In this document: in pieces, positions 19,025 to 27,694 of the stretch | How the letters are laid out: every line of letters begins with the position of its first letter | Numbering within the stretch: the first letter of the stretch is position 1 | NCBI GenBank assembly: GCA_002069725.1 | Contig: MWBW01000001.1 | Coordinates: 56,583-120,582 of the forward strand | Direction: 5' to 3' | DNA: 64,000 nt | Source: Firmicutes bacterium ADurb.Bin248 | Lineage (GTDB): Bacteria; Bacillota; Clostridia; Christensenellales; CAG-138 | Program-made: the position numbers and the translations under genes | The notes under the pieces: model-generated | The model's input: the letters and a program-made list of their open reading frames with translations, nothing else | Database searches by the model: none | What the model was told of the DNA's origin: nothing

Positions 19025-20101
19025 TCAACATTCGTCTCCCGTATACGCCTTTTCGACGTACGCGCTCGTGAAGGCGCGCAGCAGCGCGCCGTAGTCCGGC
19101 GTGAAGGAAAGCACGTCGCCGACCCGGTATTGCTCCCCCGCGCGCGTGAGGTCGACGATCAGGTGGTCCGAACTCGCGCCGAGGATATCGACGCCCGCGC
19201 CGCGCGGCGCGAGGCCGTCGGGCACGACGTCCTGCCGGCCGACGGCTAATATGCCGCGCAACATCTCGCCTCTGTCCTCGAACGAAACATATTCGCCGAA
19301 GGCATTCGGCCCGCTCCGGCCGATGGGCTTGCTGGGCTTGCGCTTGACTTCGACAAGCTGCGCTTCGAGCGTGAAGCAGTCAGGGTGGAACCCCTCCATC
19401 CGCGTTCCCGAGGCGGTTTCGTTGCCAAGAAGATACCCTTCCCCGATGCGGAGGCCGTTGACGCCTGAAGGCAGCTTCCCCGCGAGCAGCATGGGCAGCG
19501 TGCTCGAGTTGCCGCCCGAAACGAGCGGGATGGGAAGCTTGGTTTCGGCGCGGAGCCACTCCGCGATTTCAACGAGGCAGCCGAGGTTATCCGCATCCGG
19601 CAGTATGCCGCCGAAGCAAGTCAGGTTCACGCCCACGCCGTGGAGCTCGAGCATGTCCTCGCATGCGACGGCTTTGGCGAGCGCGAGGATTTCCGCGCGG
19701 TCCCGGCAGAACACGCCCTCGCGCAAATCGCCCATGTCGAGCATCAGCACGATCTTGTGCCGCCGTGCCTGACGCTTTGCCTGCGCGCCGAGCAGCCGCA
19801 CGGTCGAAATCTCGCTCTGCTGGCTCACCTCGCTGTGTGCGACGACCTGCGCCGCTTCGCACGGCTGCGCGACGCGCAGCAGGTAGCGCGGCTTTCGAGT
19901 TTTGAGCGAAGCGAGGTTTTGGAGGCGCGAGTCCGCGATATAATCCGCGCCGCTTTTTTCGATGACGGCCGCGACGAGCGCGTCCGCGCAGACGCACTTG
20001 GTCACGATCGCGCACGACGCGCCCGCGCCGTGGCAGAGGGTGACGACGCGCTCGACGTTATGCTTGAGCTTTTCCAAATCCGTAACGATTCTCGGATACA
20101 T
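19025..20101 (-). CDS. orr: Ornithine racemase (alanine-racemase-fold PLP enzyme)
   Basis: Starts MYPRIVTDLEKL with RBS GGAGGAAGC. Has a VTKC PLP-lysine region. Last gene of the ornithine degradation cluster. Confidence 0.75.
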   Translation of the reverse strand: MYPRIVTDLEKLKHNVERVVTLCHGAGASCAIVTKCVCADALVAAVIEKSGADYIADSRLQNLASLKTRKPRYLLRVAQPCEAAQVVAHSEVSQQSEISTVRLLGAQAKRQARRHKIVLMLDMGDLREGVFCRDRAEILALAKAVACEDMLELHGVGVNLTCFGGILPDADNLGCLVEIAEWLRAETKLPIPLVSGGNSSTLPMLLAGKLPSGVNGLRIGEGYLLGNETASGTRMEGFHPDCFTLEAQLVEVKRKPSKPIGRSGPNAFGEYVSFEDRGEMLRGILAVGRQDVVPDGLAPRGAGVDILGASSDHLIVDLTRAGEQYRVGDVLSFTPDYGALLRAFTSAYVEKAYTGDEC

Positions 20102-20176
20102 GCTTCCTCCGGTGGTTGGTTTCGGATGCGGGCGGATGATATCCGCCCCTACAGGGATTGTGGGTTCCCGTTCCCC

Positions 20177-20369
20177 GATTGTCAATGATCAATTGTCAAT
20201 TGTCAATTACCCCGTCCCCCGCCCGCAGGCGGGCGTTCCCTAGATTGTCAATTGTCAATTATCAATTATCCCGTCCCCGCCCGCAGGCGGACGTTCCCTT
20301 GATTGTCAATTGTCAATTATTCCGTCCCCGCTCGCAGGCGGACGTTCCCTAGATTGTCAATTGTCAATC
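20177..20369 (-). repeat. Family-A array: 3 full units plus a terminal head (periods 66, 58, 51 bp)
   Basis: GATTGTCAAT(T/G)...(heptamers) + CCGTCCCCGCCCGCAGGCGG(G/A)CGTTCCC, repeated at 20177, 20243 and 20301. The final head at 20352-20369 contains the stop of the upstream gene. Confidence 0.85.
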
Positions 20370-21727
20370 ACCCCAAGGCTTTTGCGCAGCAGCTTCAGCG
20401 CCGCCTCCGGATAATGCTTTGAGAGCACGCCGAGCGAGGCCATGATGTAATCGTCGTCAAACAGAAGCCGCGCTTCGCCGGGCTTGGGGTAGAGCATCAT
20501 GCCCGCGGAGTTGCAGTCCGCGATGGCGCGAAGGAGCGTTTCCCTGTGGGGCAGCCTTGTGAGCGCGCCGCCCGTGCCCACGATCGTTCGCACGGCGCTC
20601 AGATCCTTGCCCTCGGCGACGGTCTTTCGGCCCGACGGCGTGTAGATGTAGCGAAGCGCGCCCGCGTGGCGCTCCACGGCGCGGATGCCCGCCTCGCGGC
20701 AGAGGCGCGAGGCCAGCAAAAACTGTTCCGGCGTCTCCGGGATGGGCTTATAATCGGCCAGGACGGCCGCGACATCGAGCCTGAGCTCGTTTTTGAGCGC
20801 GTCGAGGCCGATCATGTCCACAACGTTCCTGGCGTTGATGTAAAGGCCGAGATCGCCCTCGACCGTGCGCTTGGCGAACGGCTCGGGATTGGTCAGAAGG
20901 ATCGCGATCTCCTCGGAGCCGCCGGTCACGCTGTGCACGTCCGTCGTCGCGCCGCCGATGTCTATGGCCACGAGATCGCCTATGTCGTCATAAAGAAGCT
21001 GAGCCGCCTCCATGACCGCGCCGGGCGTGGGGATGATGCTGCCCGTGACCATATCGCGGATGTGCTCCATGCCGGGCGCTTTGACGATGTGCTCCTCAAA
21101 AACCGCGTGTATGATTTTGCGCGCGGGCTCGATGTTCAGCTTATCGAGCCGGGGATAGACGTTTTCCACGACGCTGCACGGGATGCCCGCCGCGTCGAAT
21201 ATCTCCCGCACGGCGCGCTGGTTCTGGATGTTCCCCGCGTAGATGACCGGCGCGCGGACGCCGGAACCGGCCAAACGCTTCGCGTTGTAGAGCGCGGTTT
21301 CGCGCTCGCCGTAATCCGTGCCGCCCGCGAGGAGGATAAGGTTGGGCTTGACCGCGTCGATGTCCGCGAGGTCGTAATCGGTGAGCCTGCCCGCCGTCGC
21401 GAGCTTGATGATGGCGCCCGCGCCGAGCGCGGCGGCTTCTGCGGCACGGACGGTCATGTCGTACACGAGGCCGTGCACGCACATACGAAGGCCGCCCGCG
21501 GCGGAGCTGGTCGCGAGCATCTCGCCGAAGGTGATCCCGTCGCAGCCCATGCTGCGCGAAAGACCGTCTATCGCGCCCTGAAGGCCCGCGCGCACATCCC
21601 CCGCGAGCACGGAGGTCGGCGCGCAGCCCTGTCCCAAAAAGCGCGGCTCGCCCTCGTGAACGCCCGAGAAGGCGTTCACGAGGGTCGTGGTCGAGCCGAT
21701 TTCCGCTACGAGTACGTCGATATGCAT
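20357..21727 (-). CDS. MutL(GlmL)-like protein, putative aminomutase reactivase
   Basis: Starts MHIDVLVAEIGSTTT (ASKHA-like ATPase N-terminus). Position downstream of oraE matches ornithine clusters. C-terminus ...GVIDN-stop is encoded by repeat sequence. Confidence 0.7.
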   Translation of the reverse strand: MHIDVLVAEIGSTTTLVNAFSGVHEGEPRFLGQGCAPTSVLAGDVRAGLQGAIDGLSRSMGCDGITFGEMLATSSAAGGLRMCVHGLVYDMTVRAAEAAALGAGAIIKLATAGRLTDYDLADIDAVKPNLILLAGGTDYGERETALYNAKRLAGSGVRAPVIYAGNIQNQRAVREIFDAAGIPCSVVENVYPRLDKLNIEPARKIIHAVFEEHIVKAPGMEHIRDMVTGSIIPTPGAVMEAAQLLYDDIGDLVAIDIGGATTDVHSVTGGSEEIAILLTNPEPFAKRTVEGDLGLYINARNVVDMIGLDALKNELRLDVAAVLADYKPIPETPEQFLLASRLCREAGIRAVERHAGALRYIYTPSGRKTVAEGKDLSAVRTIVGTGGALTRLPHRETLLRAIADCNSAGMMLYPKPGEARLLFDDDYIMASLGVLSKHYPEAALKLLRKSLGVIDN

Positions 21728-21741
21728 GGTTCTTATTCCTA

Positions 21742-21866
21742 GATTGTCAATTGCCCCCACGGTTCGGGCCGATACGGCCCTCGGGCGACGCTCTCGGACA
21801 CTGGGCTGCGGCCGTCAGGATCGGCCCCTGCAGCCCGCCCGCGGCGGCGTTTTCCGATTGTCAATT
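21742..21866 (-). repeat. Two family-A fragments filling the oraE-reactivase spacer
   Basis: Head GATTGTCAATTG at 21742-21753. Hairpin CCCGCCCGCGGCGGCGTT + head GATTGTCAATTA at 21834-21866, overlapping the oraE stop. Confidence 0.6.
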
Positions 21867-24081
21867 ATTTGTTCGCTTCCAACTCCCTGCGGCGCTTCAC
21901 GAGGAAGGTCGCCACGTGGTTGCCGTGGCTGCCGCGGCCGAAGCCCTCGTCCGCGCCGTTGGCGCGCGCCTGGGCGGAGGCCACCTGCGTGCCGCCCGCG
22001 ACGAAAATAAGCTTGTCGCGCACGCCCATTTCGGTGGCGATGCGGTTGATCTTGCCGATGTTCTTATAGTGGATGTCGTCGTGGCTGATGATGGTGGAGG
22101 CCAGCATCGCGTCCGCGTTCAACTCTATGGCGGCGTTGACGAGCTTTTCGGGCGGCACGGAGGTCCCCAGGTAGTGCACCTCTATGCCGTATTTCTCGAT
22201 GCCGCCGTGCTTGATGTCGATGATCTCGCGAAGGCCCACGCTGTGCTCGTCCTCGCCCACGGTGCCGCACACGATCTTCATCGGGCGGCGCTCGATGTCC
22301 TTGCGGATTTCCTCGTCGCTCAATACGTCCGGCTCCTTGGGAATCACGAGCTTGTCGATCTCGATGGAGAAGGGCACCTTGCCCTTGATCTCGATGCGCG
22401 TGCCCTCGGCGCGGTGGCCGGTCTCGCGGGAAATGACCTCCACGTCCGTGAGGCCCATGCGCCTGCCGCACTCGATGGCCGCGGCCTCGGCGATGCCCTT
22501 TTCGGCGGGGAAGAACATCGTGAGCATCACGGTGCCGTCGGCGAGCCATTCCATTTCGGGGCGGATGAGCTTGGCGCCGGGCTGGGCGAATTCCTTGACC
22601 TCGGCCATGCGCACGTTGCAGTTGTCCTCCTCGTCGAGCTCGTCGATATAGACGATTTTCTCGGGCTTTTCGAGCGTGCAGCCGCCGATGAGGTCGGAAG
22701 GATTGCTCGCGCCGTACTGCGCGACGTTGTTGCAGCCGTAGTGCGCGGTAACGGGCGCGCAGTAGTCCTCCGCGCGCTTGACGATGGTGCCCGCGCCTAT
22801 GCCGCCGTTGATCTTGCGCGCGATGCCGTCGCCGTTGCGCTCGGGGTACATGCCCGAGTCGACGAACATGCCCGCCTCGACCGCGGCGAAGTAGCCGCCG
22901 AGCTCCACGATCTCCTCCATGAAGAGCACCGCGCGCTCCTTGAGCTCGCGCGCCTTGTCCCTGAGATAGCCGTCCTTCTTGAGTTCGACCATCTCCATGA
23001 GGCCGTCCATGCCCACGAGCGCCTGCTTGGCGGTGTCGCACGCCTCGAGGTTGTAGATGTGCCAGGGCACGTTTCGGCCTTCGTCCGGCGTGATGGTGGA
23101 CTGTATGTCCGCGCTGGTCAGCTTGGAGATTACCATGTTCAACACGTGCGTCACCGTCGCCTCGCGCGTAGAGGATTCGATGTATTTCGTGTTCATCTGC
23201 GCGCGCATGCGGTACTCGTGGAACAGGTCGCGCAGCGCCACCGCGTAGGGCAGATCCTGATGGATGCACGGCCCCGGCGTCGCCGAGGGCGGCACGGTCG
23301 AGAGGCAGATGTTCTTTTTGGGCACGCCGACCTTCGCGGAGAAAATCGAGTTGATCGCGTGCTGCACCATCAGTTCCGGCATGACCTTCCAGGCGTCGCG
23401 CGCTGTGGCGTTGGCGTTGTGCGCGCCGTCGATCTGCGCCTGTTTCGCCCAGGCGATCAGGGTCTTTGATTCGCACGCGTCCACGAAGGAGCGGACCATG
23501 TTGATGTTGCGGTAAATGACGTTGTACTGCGGGTCCTGGTGGGCGCCGTTGACGCCCTCCTCGGCGAACATCACGGCGATGTCCGGCCCCGCCACGCCCG
23601 AAACGTAGCTGTGGTAGTTGATGGGGCGGCCGACCTCATCCTCGATCCGGTCGAGCGCCTTCCTCTGCGCGCGGACCTGCTTGCGCGTGACCGGCACGCC
23701 GCCCATGCCCTGCGGGGTACCCTCGATGAGGCCGTCGAAATGGCTCTGCCCTGCGGTGCGTATGACCATGATGTGGTCCGCGCCGTGGTGCGCCGCCATG
23801 CGCATGCGACGGATGTCGTCCTCGAAACGGCCCGAGGAGATCTCGGTCGTGATCACGGGCGAGGGCTGCGGGTCGATGTCCCCGAAATAGTGCGCGGGGG
23901 GCAGGGGCACGGAGTCCGCGAGCGGCTTGGTGCAATCCTGATATTCGAAGGGGCCCATGCGAAGCCCGGGCGCGGGCTCGCGCCACGTCCAGCCGCGCCT
24001 GCGGGGGCGGTAGTTCCCGAGGTCCTTGAGTATCTCGGCGACGTCGATGTTCTCGTTCGGGTCAAGCTTATATTCGCTCAT
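21865..24081 (-). CDS. oraE: D-ornithine 4,5-aminomutase, E (large, B12/PLP) subunit
   Basis: 738 aa. C-terminal B12-binding DxHxxG motif (GEDEHSVG). RBS GGGAGG. Confidence 0.9.
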   Translation of the reverse strand: MSEYKLDPNENIDVAEILKDLGNYRPRRRGWTWREPAPGLRMGPFEYQDCTKPLADSVPLPPAHYFGDIDPQPSPVITTEISSGRFEDDIRRMRMAAHHGADHIMVIRTAGQSHFDGLIEGTPQGMGGVPVTRKQVRAQRKALDRIEDEVGRPINYHSYVSGVAGPDIAVMFAEEGVNGAHQDPQYNVIYRNINMVRSFVDACESKTLIAWAKQAQIDGAHNANATARDAWKVMPELMVQHAINSIFSAKVGVPKKNICLSTVPPSATPGPCIHQDLPYAVALRDLFHEYRMRAQMNTKYIESSTREATVTHVLNMVISKLTSADIQSTITPDEGRNVPWHIYNLEACDTAKQALVGMDGLMEMVELKKDGYLRDKARELKERAVLFMEEIVELGGYFAAVEAGMFVDSGMYPERNGDGIARKINGGIGAGTIVKRAEDYCAPVTAHYGCNNVAQYGASNPSDLIGGCTLEKPEKIVYIDELDEEDNCNVRMAEVKEFAQPGAKLIRPEMEWLADGTVMLTMFFPAEKGIAEAAAIECGRRMGLTDVEVISRETGHRAEGTRIEIKGKVPFSIEIDKLVIPKEPDVLSDEEIRKDIERRPMKIVCGTVGEDEHSVGLREIIDIKHGGIEKYGIEVHYLGTSVPPEKLVNAAIELNADAMLASTIISHDDIHYKNIGKINRIATEMGVRDKLIFVAGGTQVASAQARANGADEGFGRGSHGNHVATFLVKRRRELEANK

Positions 24082-24093
24082 GTTCTGCCTCCC

Positions 24094-24444
24094 TCAAAAC
24101 GCGGCCGCGGCTTCGTCCCAAAGCCTGCCCTCGCACAATGCGAGTCCCGCGTCCCGTATGTCCAGCTTCTGCGCCCGCGCGAGCCGCAGCACCACGTTGC
24201 CCGCGCCGTGGGCGAGCAGGTTCCTTTCGATGCAGCCGTCCACGATCTGCTTCGCCTCGATGGAGGAGAAGCCCATGCGCAGCAGCACGCTGCGCTCGAT
24301 GGCGGGCGAGGTGTTCTCATAGCCCATTTTCAGCATGGGCTCTACGATCTGCCCCGCGAGCGCCCAGAAGCGCTCCCCGAGCTCCTTATCGCTCAGGTTC
24401 GCGAGGGGTGCGCGCCTTACTTGATAATCGTCCTCTCTCTTCAT
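24094..24444 (-). CDS. oraS: D-ornithine 4,5-aminomutase, S (small) subunit
   Basis: 116 aa, directly upstream of oraE. RBS AAGGAGA. Confidence 0.85.
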   Translation of the reverse strand: MKREDDYQVRRAPLANLSDKELGERFWALAGQIVEPMLKMGYENTSPAIERSVLLRMGFSSIEAKQIVDGCIERNLLAHGAGNVVLRLARAQKLDIRDAGLALCEGRLWDEAAAAF

Positions 24445-24454
24445 GGTGCTCTCC

Positions 24455-25858
24455 TTACTGGTTGGCCTCTATGGCCGCGCGTACGAACGCCTCGTCCGTC
24501 CTGGTTTCCTCGGCGAGGAAGGCGACGTCCGCGTCGGTCGGCGCGACTTTGAAGTTCGCGAGTGCGTTGCGGATCAAAGAACCGCGCAGGTGGCCGAGGT
24601 CGGCGTCGCGCGCTTTGATCAGGTTGGGATGCGCGGGCAGTATGATGCTCTTGCCCGGAACCTCCTCGGCGGGGTCGCCGAAGCGGATGTCTATGCCGTT
24701 TTTCCTCGCGAAGTCGAGCTGCGGGTTGATGTGCTTGCCCGCGCCCGTATATTCGGTCTCCTGCACGACGATGCACTGATCCGCGTCCATTTCCTGCGCG
24801 ATGGAGAACGCCGCCGCGAGCGACACGTTGCCCGCGGGCCCGCGCTCGAGCCCCTCGAGGGAGGCGAGCATCTCGGTGGTGTAGAACACCTCGCCCTGGC
24901 TGAGGGTGACGTAGCGCTCCATATAGCGCAGCGGGCGCGCCGCGCTCCTCGGCACGTCGCTCCTGTCCGGCCAGGTGGAAAACGGCATGCCGAAGCCCGT
25001 GTGGCCCGTCGTGAAGGACTTTCTGTTAAACTGCGTGTCGCTTGCCATGTGGAGGCCCGCGAGGTTCACGCTCGCGCCGATGACCGTGGCCTTGCAGCCG
25101 GCCTTGATGAGACCGCGCGCCGTGCCCGTGAGGTTGCCGCCGCCTGCGTTGGTGGCGACGACCGCGTCCGGATCGCGGCCGAACTTGGCGCGGAACTGCT
25201 CGGCGATTTCGTAGCCGAGCGTCTCCACGCCGACGACGCCGTAGGCGTTGTAGAGCGAGGCGTTGAAGTAGCCCGTATCCTCGAGCGCCCTGAGGAACAT
25301 GTAAAAGAGCTCGGGGCCGACCGTGAGCTGCACGACCTCCGCGCCGAAGGCCTCGCACTTCCTGGCTTTTTCGATGATTTCGGGCTGGCCGAGCTTATGC
25401 GAGTCGTAGCATTCCTGCATGACGATGCAGCGAAGGCCGCTCATGGCGCACACGCTGGCCACCGCCGCGCCGTAGTTGCCCGAGGTCGCAGCGATGGCGC
25501 CCTTGTAGCCCATCTTTTTGGCGGTGTAAATGCTCGTCGCCGCGCGGCGGGCCTTGAAGCTGCCCGAAGGGTTCGCGGCCTCGTCCTTGATGAAGATGCG
25601 CGCGCCCTTGCCCGCGGGGGCGAGCTTGCGCGCGAGGGCCGTGATGTTTTTGAGTTCGATCAGAGGCGTGTTGCCGATCGAGAAGCCGCTCTGGATGCGC
25701 CTGACCTCCTCGATGTTAAGGCCGGTGGAGGCGAGCATGCCCTCGTAATCGAAGGCGATCGAGCCGGATTCGAACTTCGCGTAATCCATGCCGACTGCCG
25801 TCTTCATGATTTCGCCCTTGCGGGCCATGACCGCTTCGTAGCTGTTGTCGCGCATCAC
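24455..25858 (-). CDS. ortB: 2-amino-4-ketopentanoate thiolase, beta (PLP) subunit
   Basis: Tryptophan-synthase-beta-fold PLP enzyme with SGSFKARRA lysine motif. Start is GTG 25858 or ATG 25855, overlapping the ortA stop. Confidence 0.85.
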   Translation of the reverse strand: MMRDNSYEAVMARKGEIMKTAVGMDYAKFESGSIAFDYEGMLASTGLNIEEVRRIQSGFSIGNTPLIELKNITALARKLAPAGKGARIFIKDEAANPSGSFKARRAATSIYTAKKMGYKGAIAATSGNYGAAVASVCAMSGLRCIVMQECYDSHKLGQPEIIEKARKCEAFGAEVVQLTVGPELFYMFLRALEDTGYFNASLYNAYGVVGVETLGYEIAEQFRAKFGRDPDAVVATNAGGGNLTGTARGLIKAGCKATVIGASVNLAGLHMASDTQFNRKSFTTGHTGFGMPFSTWPDRSDVPRSAARPLRYMERYVTLSQGEVFYTTEMLASLEGLERGPAGNVSLAAAFSIAQEMDADQCIVVQETEYTGAGKHINPQLDFARKNGIDIRFGDPAEEVPGKSIILPAHPNLIKARDADLGHLRGSLIRNALANFKVAPTDADVAFLAEETRTDEAFVRAAIEANQ

Positions 25859-26154
25859 CGCTCACCTCCGAACAAAATGTCGCGCACGTCGTCGCCGATT
25901 TTGAGTATCTCCGGCACGAAATCGCCGTAGCCGTGCCTGTGCTGCGGATCGACCTCGACGAGCGTGCCGCGAAGGCTGCGCTTTGTCCGGGTCGTGATCT
26001 CGACCTCGTCGCCGATCTCGGCGTCCTGCGTGAGGTAGCCCTTCGTCCACATCTCCAGAGGCACCCGACGGGTATCCTCCGGCACCTGCGGAGCGCGCTG
26101 CTCCGGCGTGAGCACGACGGTGTGCAGCAGCACCCAATCGCCTTTTTTAGCCAT
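25855..26154 (-). CDS. ortA: 2-amino-4-ketopentanoate thiolase, alpha subunit
   Basis: 99 aa (MAKKGDWVLLHTVVL...). RBS GGAGGG lies 6 nt before the ATG at 26154. Confidence 0.8.
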   Translation of the reverse strand: MAKKGDWVLLHTVVLTPEQRAPQVPEDTRRVPLEMWTKGYLTQDAEIGDEVEITTRTKRSLRGTLVEVDPQHRHGYGDFVPEILKIGDDVRDILFGGER

Positions 26155-26244
26155 GACCATCCCTCCGATTTTTTAATGATAAACCAATGATTGCGGGGGA
26201 GCGCCGGAAGGCCGAAGCCCGCCGGCGTCCCAATGATGCTCCGT

Positions 26245-27291
26245 TTATTTTTCGATCATGTCCCTCATGTCGCCCATGATGGCGTGGGGGACGGGCAGGT
26301 CGAGCATGGTCTTGAGGCCGGGCCTCGCGTTGATGACGTGCGGGATCATATTGACGCACATGGCGATGGTGCCTATGCCGCCGTCCACCTCGGGGGTGTT
26401 GGCCATGTTGATGTTCGGCGTGCCCTTGATGACGATGTAGTCGCCGGTCTGGGTGCCTTCCATCTCGGGCTCGATCTGCTGGGGATGGATGAGGTCGATG
26501 CGCTGCACGCCGTCCACATAGGCCTGCGCGGTCATGTTGACGCCGGCCACGTCGCCGGCCTTGGCGAAGCCGTAGGGGGACTTGCGATCCACGCCCGTCA
26601 CGATGGGCTTCATCTGCTGCTCGAATTTGTCGATCTTCCAGCCCATGGCTTCGGCGATCATGCCCGCGGACTCCGCGAAGCCCACGTGGCCCGAGAGATG
26701 GCCGTTCTTGCAGCCTTCCTCGAACTCTTTCACCGTGATGCCGATGCCCTGCTCCTTCATGACCAGCGGGCCGAAGGGCGAGAGGGAGTTGACGCGCTTG
26801 CACATCACGCTCTCGACGTCCGTCATGCAGCCGGAGAAGCAGATCGCCAAAAGATCCATCATCAGGCCGGGGTTGATGCCCGTGCCGAGCACCGTGACGC
26901 CGTTTTCCTTGGCGAGCCGGTCCATCTCGGCAGCGAGCTCGGGCTCCTGCGCCTTGGGGTAGCTCATCTCCTCCGCGATGGAGACGACGTTGATGCCCTG
27001 CTCGACGGCGTACTTGATCTTGGGGAACACGTCGCGCGTGAACGAGTCGGTCGCGATCACGCAGATGTCGGCCGCGCCCTTGTAAACGACCTTGGTGATG
27101 TCGGTGTGGATGAGCGCCTCGGGACGATCTCCGCGCTCGATGCCCAGCACCTCGTACATGCTCTTGCCCTCGTACTTGGGGTTCTGACGGCATACGCCCG
27201 TGATTTCGACGCCCTTTTTGCGGCAGAGCACCTCGGCGATGCCGCTGCCCATGGCCCCGAAGCCCCACATAGCTACCCTGATGTTGTTCAT
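26245..27291 (-). CDS. ord: 2,4-diaminopentanoate dehydrogenase
   Basis: N-terminal Rossmann motif (VAMWGFGAMGSG), dihydrodipicolinate-reductase-like fold, 348 aa. First gene of the cluster. RBS GGAGGAAG. Confidence 0.85.
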   Translation of the reverse strand: MNNIRVAMWGFGAMGSGIAEVLCRKKGVEITGVCRQNPKYEGKSMYEVLGIERGDRPEALIHTDITKVVYKGAADICVIATDSFTRDVFPKIKYAVEQGINVVSIAEEMSYPKAQEPELAAEMDRLAKENGVTVLGTGINPGLMMDLLAICFSGCMTDVESVMCKRVNSLSPFGPLVMKEQGIGITVKEFEEGCKNGHLSGHVGFAESAGMIAEAMGWKIDKFEQQMKPIVTGVDRKSPYGFAKAGDVAGVNMTAQAYVDGVQRIDLIHPQQIEPEMEGTQTGDYIVIKGTPNINMANTPEVDGGIGTIAMCVNMIPHVINARPGLKTMLDLPVPHAIMGDMRDMIEK

Positions 27292-27494
27292 GTTTCTTCC
27301 TCCGTCATGATGATGATTCTTATTGATTTTGCAGCGCCCTCATTATAACACGGCTACTGCATAAGGTGAACCGATTCATTGAAAATATGCATTATCGACA
27401 TTTCAACTATCGATACTTAGTGTACTATATGCCCGCGGAATCCGCAAGGGTCAAACGCATGTAAAACTTAAGCAAACGGCGTGGCGGACGAGGG

Positions 27495-27550
27495 CAATTG
27501 ACAATGGACAATGGACGATTGACAATCGGGAACGCCGCCTGCGGGCGGGG
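27495..27550 (+). repeat. Family-A repeat (variant head + GC hairpin)
   Basis: CAATTGACAATGGACAATGGACGATTGACAATC + GGGAACGCCGCCTGCGGGCGGGG. Confidence 0.75.
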
Positions 27551-27694
27551 GTTTCCCGTTCCTTTTATGCGCCGGGGACGGTTCCGCGTTTTTCCGGCGT
27601 CCCTGTTCCGGCGAAGCGGCATCTTCATCCTTTGCCCTGCTCATCCTCACGCGTGCAAAACCGTCCCCCGAGCGGCGAAGAACCTTTTGTTCCG

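Noticed and set aside
19025-20185. Long form of the orr ORF starting at TTG 20185.
   Set aside because: That start codon is part of a family-A head, and the first 28 codons cover the family-C hairpin. A strong RBS (GGAGGAAGC) precedes the ATG at 20101.
19962-20352. Track ORFs reading through the arrays (peptides ...SIVNCQLSIVN..., MTIDN...), for example 19962..20243, 20158..20352, 44355..44606, 44491..44976, 44495..45217, 27498..27716, 34119..34322 and 60176..60418.
   Set aside because: The reverse strand of (CAATTGA)n has no stop codon in any frame, so open frames are an automatic by-product. They lack RBSs and have repeat-driven composition.
20177-20369. The regularly spaced repeats looked superficially like a small CRISPR array.
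   Set aside because: Both halves of each 51-66-bp unit are conserved, so there are no unique spacers. Unit length varies, the same unit is scattered singly around the window, and no cas genes or leader are present.
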